From Candidatus Staskawiczbacteria bacterium RIFCSPHIGHO2_01_FULL_39_25 (lineage in GTDB: Bacteria > Patescibacteriota > Minisyncoccia > Minisyncoccales > Staskawiczbacteraceae): DNA of 64,000 bases. The notes below the pieces were generated by a model, which saw nothing but the letters and a program-made list of their open reading frames with translations, did no database searches and was not told the DNA's origin. Below, piece by piece: positions 62,672 to 64,000 of the stretch. Position numbers and translations under genes: made by a program. Location of the stretch: positions 987 through 64,986 of the forward strand of contig MHOO01000003.1 of NCBI GenBank assembly GCA_001820095.1, given 5' to 3'. Every line of letters begins with the position of its first letter. Position 1 is the stretch's first letter.

Positions 62672-63550
62672 ATGCGCTCTAAAATATTTTTAATCTTAAT
62701 TGTTTCTTTAGGATTTTTTTCATACAATCCCATCTTAATTGATGCTGCTAACCAGACGAGTGTTATTGAATTGCAGCAGAAAATACAAGCTCTCCAAAAA
62801 GAAATCAAGCGCCTCCAATTACTACTGGTTGACATGAGGCTGAAAAAGGAGCTGGTGTCCGGCTCGTATTTAGTAATGGATGTTTCTGATAATGCCGTCA
62901 TTTCAGAAAAGAATACTCATCAGCGCTACCCCATAGCTTCTCTCACGAAGTTAATGAACGCAGTTATCGCTCTAGAACATATTGATGCCGATAGGACAAT
63001 AACCCTCAACGAGGACATGCTCAAACCCTTAGGATATAGCCCGTCTCTTTTTCTATCTTCAACGGTTAGCGCAAAAAACCTCCTTAAGGCAAGCCTTATC
63101 CAGTCAACCAATGATGCTTCAGAGTCGTTAGCCTACTTTATAGGGACTGCAAAATTTGTAAGCTTAATGAATCAGAAGGCAAAAGAGCTTGGCATGCAAG
63201 ATACCTATTTTTATGACGCTCATGGGTTAAGCCTGTCTAACCAATCTACGGCTTCCGATCTTGCCAAGCTGGTAACGTATATTCAAAAAAACCATCCGGA
63301 AATCTTAGAGATTACCAAGGATAATAACTTTTGGCTTCCTGACCCATCGGGAAAAATGCTGAAATTTAAAAACTTAAATGATTTTTATCGGTTACCCGAA
63401 TTTCTCGGCGGTAAAACCGGTTACTTGCCAGAAGCCAAGGAATCACTGGCTTCGGTGTTTAACCTGGAGGGCAAGTCTGTCATTGTAGTATTGCTCTATT
63501 CTAAAAACCGCCAAGCTGATGTTGCCAAGATTATGAGGAACCTTAAATAA
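62672..63550 (+). CDS. D-alanyl-D-alanine carboxypeptidase (S11 penicillin-binding protein family)
   Basis: SLTKLM (SxxK), QSTND (SxN-like), GKTGY (KTG). Confidence 0.88.
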   Translation: MRSKIFLILIVSLGFFSYNPILIDAANQTSVIELQQKIQALQKEIKRLQLLLVDMRLKKELVSGSYLVMDVSDNAVISEKNTHQRYPIASLTKLMNAVIALEHIDADRTITLNEDMLKPLGYSPSLFLSSTVSAKNLLKASLIQSTNDASESLAYFIGTAKFVSLMNQKAKELGMQDTYFYDAHGLSLSNQSTASDLAKLVTYIQKNHPEILEITKDNNFWLPDPSGKMLKFKNLNDFYRLPEFLGGKTGYLPEAKESLASVFNLEGKSVIVVLLYSKNRQADVAKIMRNLK

Positions 63551-63559
63551 GCAAAAGAC

Positions 63560-63595
63560 GCATGCAAAATCGCCCATATGGGCGATTTTGCATGC
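63560..63595. other. Perfect 16-bp stem-loop after the carboxypeptidase gene (no T-run)
   Basis: gcatgcaaaatcgccc-atat-gggcgattttgcatgc. Confidence 0.8.
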
Positions 63596-63667
63596 GCCCA
63601 ATTGATAATAAAATTTAAATTTAGTAACATGAAGAAATTCTGTAAATTAAAATAAAAAATATTTTTT

Positions 63668-64000
63668 ATGAAAATAGCTATTAATTTAACCAGGGAAAAG
63701 GTGGGAGGGATTACTTCTTCAAACATTAACCTCATCAATTATTTGTATAAGCTTAATTATGAGTTTACAGGTATTGAATTAGTAGGCCGGATGCATATGG
63801 AAGGCCCCGCGCTTTTCAGGTCTTTTGCCCCGGAAATATTTGACCATCATATTATTAGTACCCATCATTTGCCATTACAGAATATTTTAAGACGCAGCAA
63901 TTCTCTGCAAGAAGTGAAAAAAGCCTACCGAGAACCTATAAAAATCATCAGGAAAATTTTACGCCAAACACGGCCGGATGTAGTTTTGTTAAGCGGAACG
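63668..64000 (+). CDS. Glycosyltransferase-like protein, 5' partial (runs off the window)
   Basis: Own translation: MKIAINLTREKVGGITSSNINLINYL...RPDVVLLSGT, an N-terminal pattern typical of GT4-type enzymes; no stop before nt 64000. Confidence 0.55.
   Translation, partial: MKIAINLTREKVGGITSSNINLINYLYKLNYEFTGIELVGRMHMEGPALFRSFAPEIFDHHIISTHHLPLQNILRRSNSLQEVKKAYREPIKIIRKILRQTRPDVVLLSGT

Overview
AT-rich bacterial window dominated by the str-S10-spc-alpha translation supercluster: rpsL, rpsG, fusA, tuf, rpsJ through rplO, secY, adk, map, infA, rpmJ, rpsM/K/D, rpoA, rplQ, rplM and rpsI. Housekeeping genes follow: murA, two mreB paralogs, holB, frr, rseP, proS, gatCA, cfa, prfB (with its +1 frameshift), ftsEX, a P-type ATPase and a DD-carboxypeptidase. 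There is no rpmD (L30) between rpsE and rplO. AlaRS and ProRS are short forms, and several r-proteins carry Lys-rich extensions. Together these suggest a CPR/Patescibacteria-like genome (inference). Three features go beyond ordinary annotation. (1) Almost every intergenic spacer, even inside the ribosomal operons, is filled by a long imperfect hairpin built from 7-nt tandem units; I count at least six families and more than 30 copies, some abutting stop codons to the nucleotide. (2) Two families of multi-helix elements show compensatory base changes between copies: a 140-nt family at 9046 and 16276, and a 60-70-nt family at 8304 and 37105. (3) There are two tRNA-associated accessory islands. 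The tRNA-Gly to tRNA-Thr island holds a GC-rich membrane-protein operon and a protease/zinc-ribbon cassette bracketed by perfect 168-bp inverted repeats. The island after tRNA-Gln holds an operon encoding a complete LexA fused in frame to a DNA methyltransferase plus an AlwI/BstNBI-family endonuclease, divergent from an XRE/ImmA pair and an HNH nuclease, together with an HD (p)ppGpp-hydrolase-like gene behind a structured leader. All calls come from reading the sequence and ORF translations; no database search was possible.
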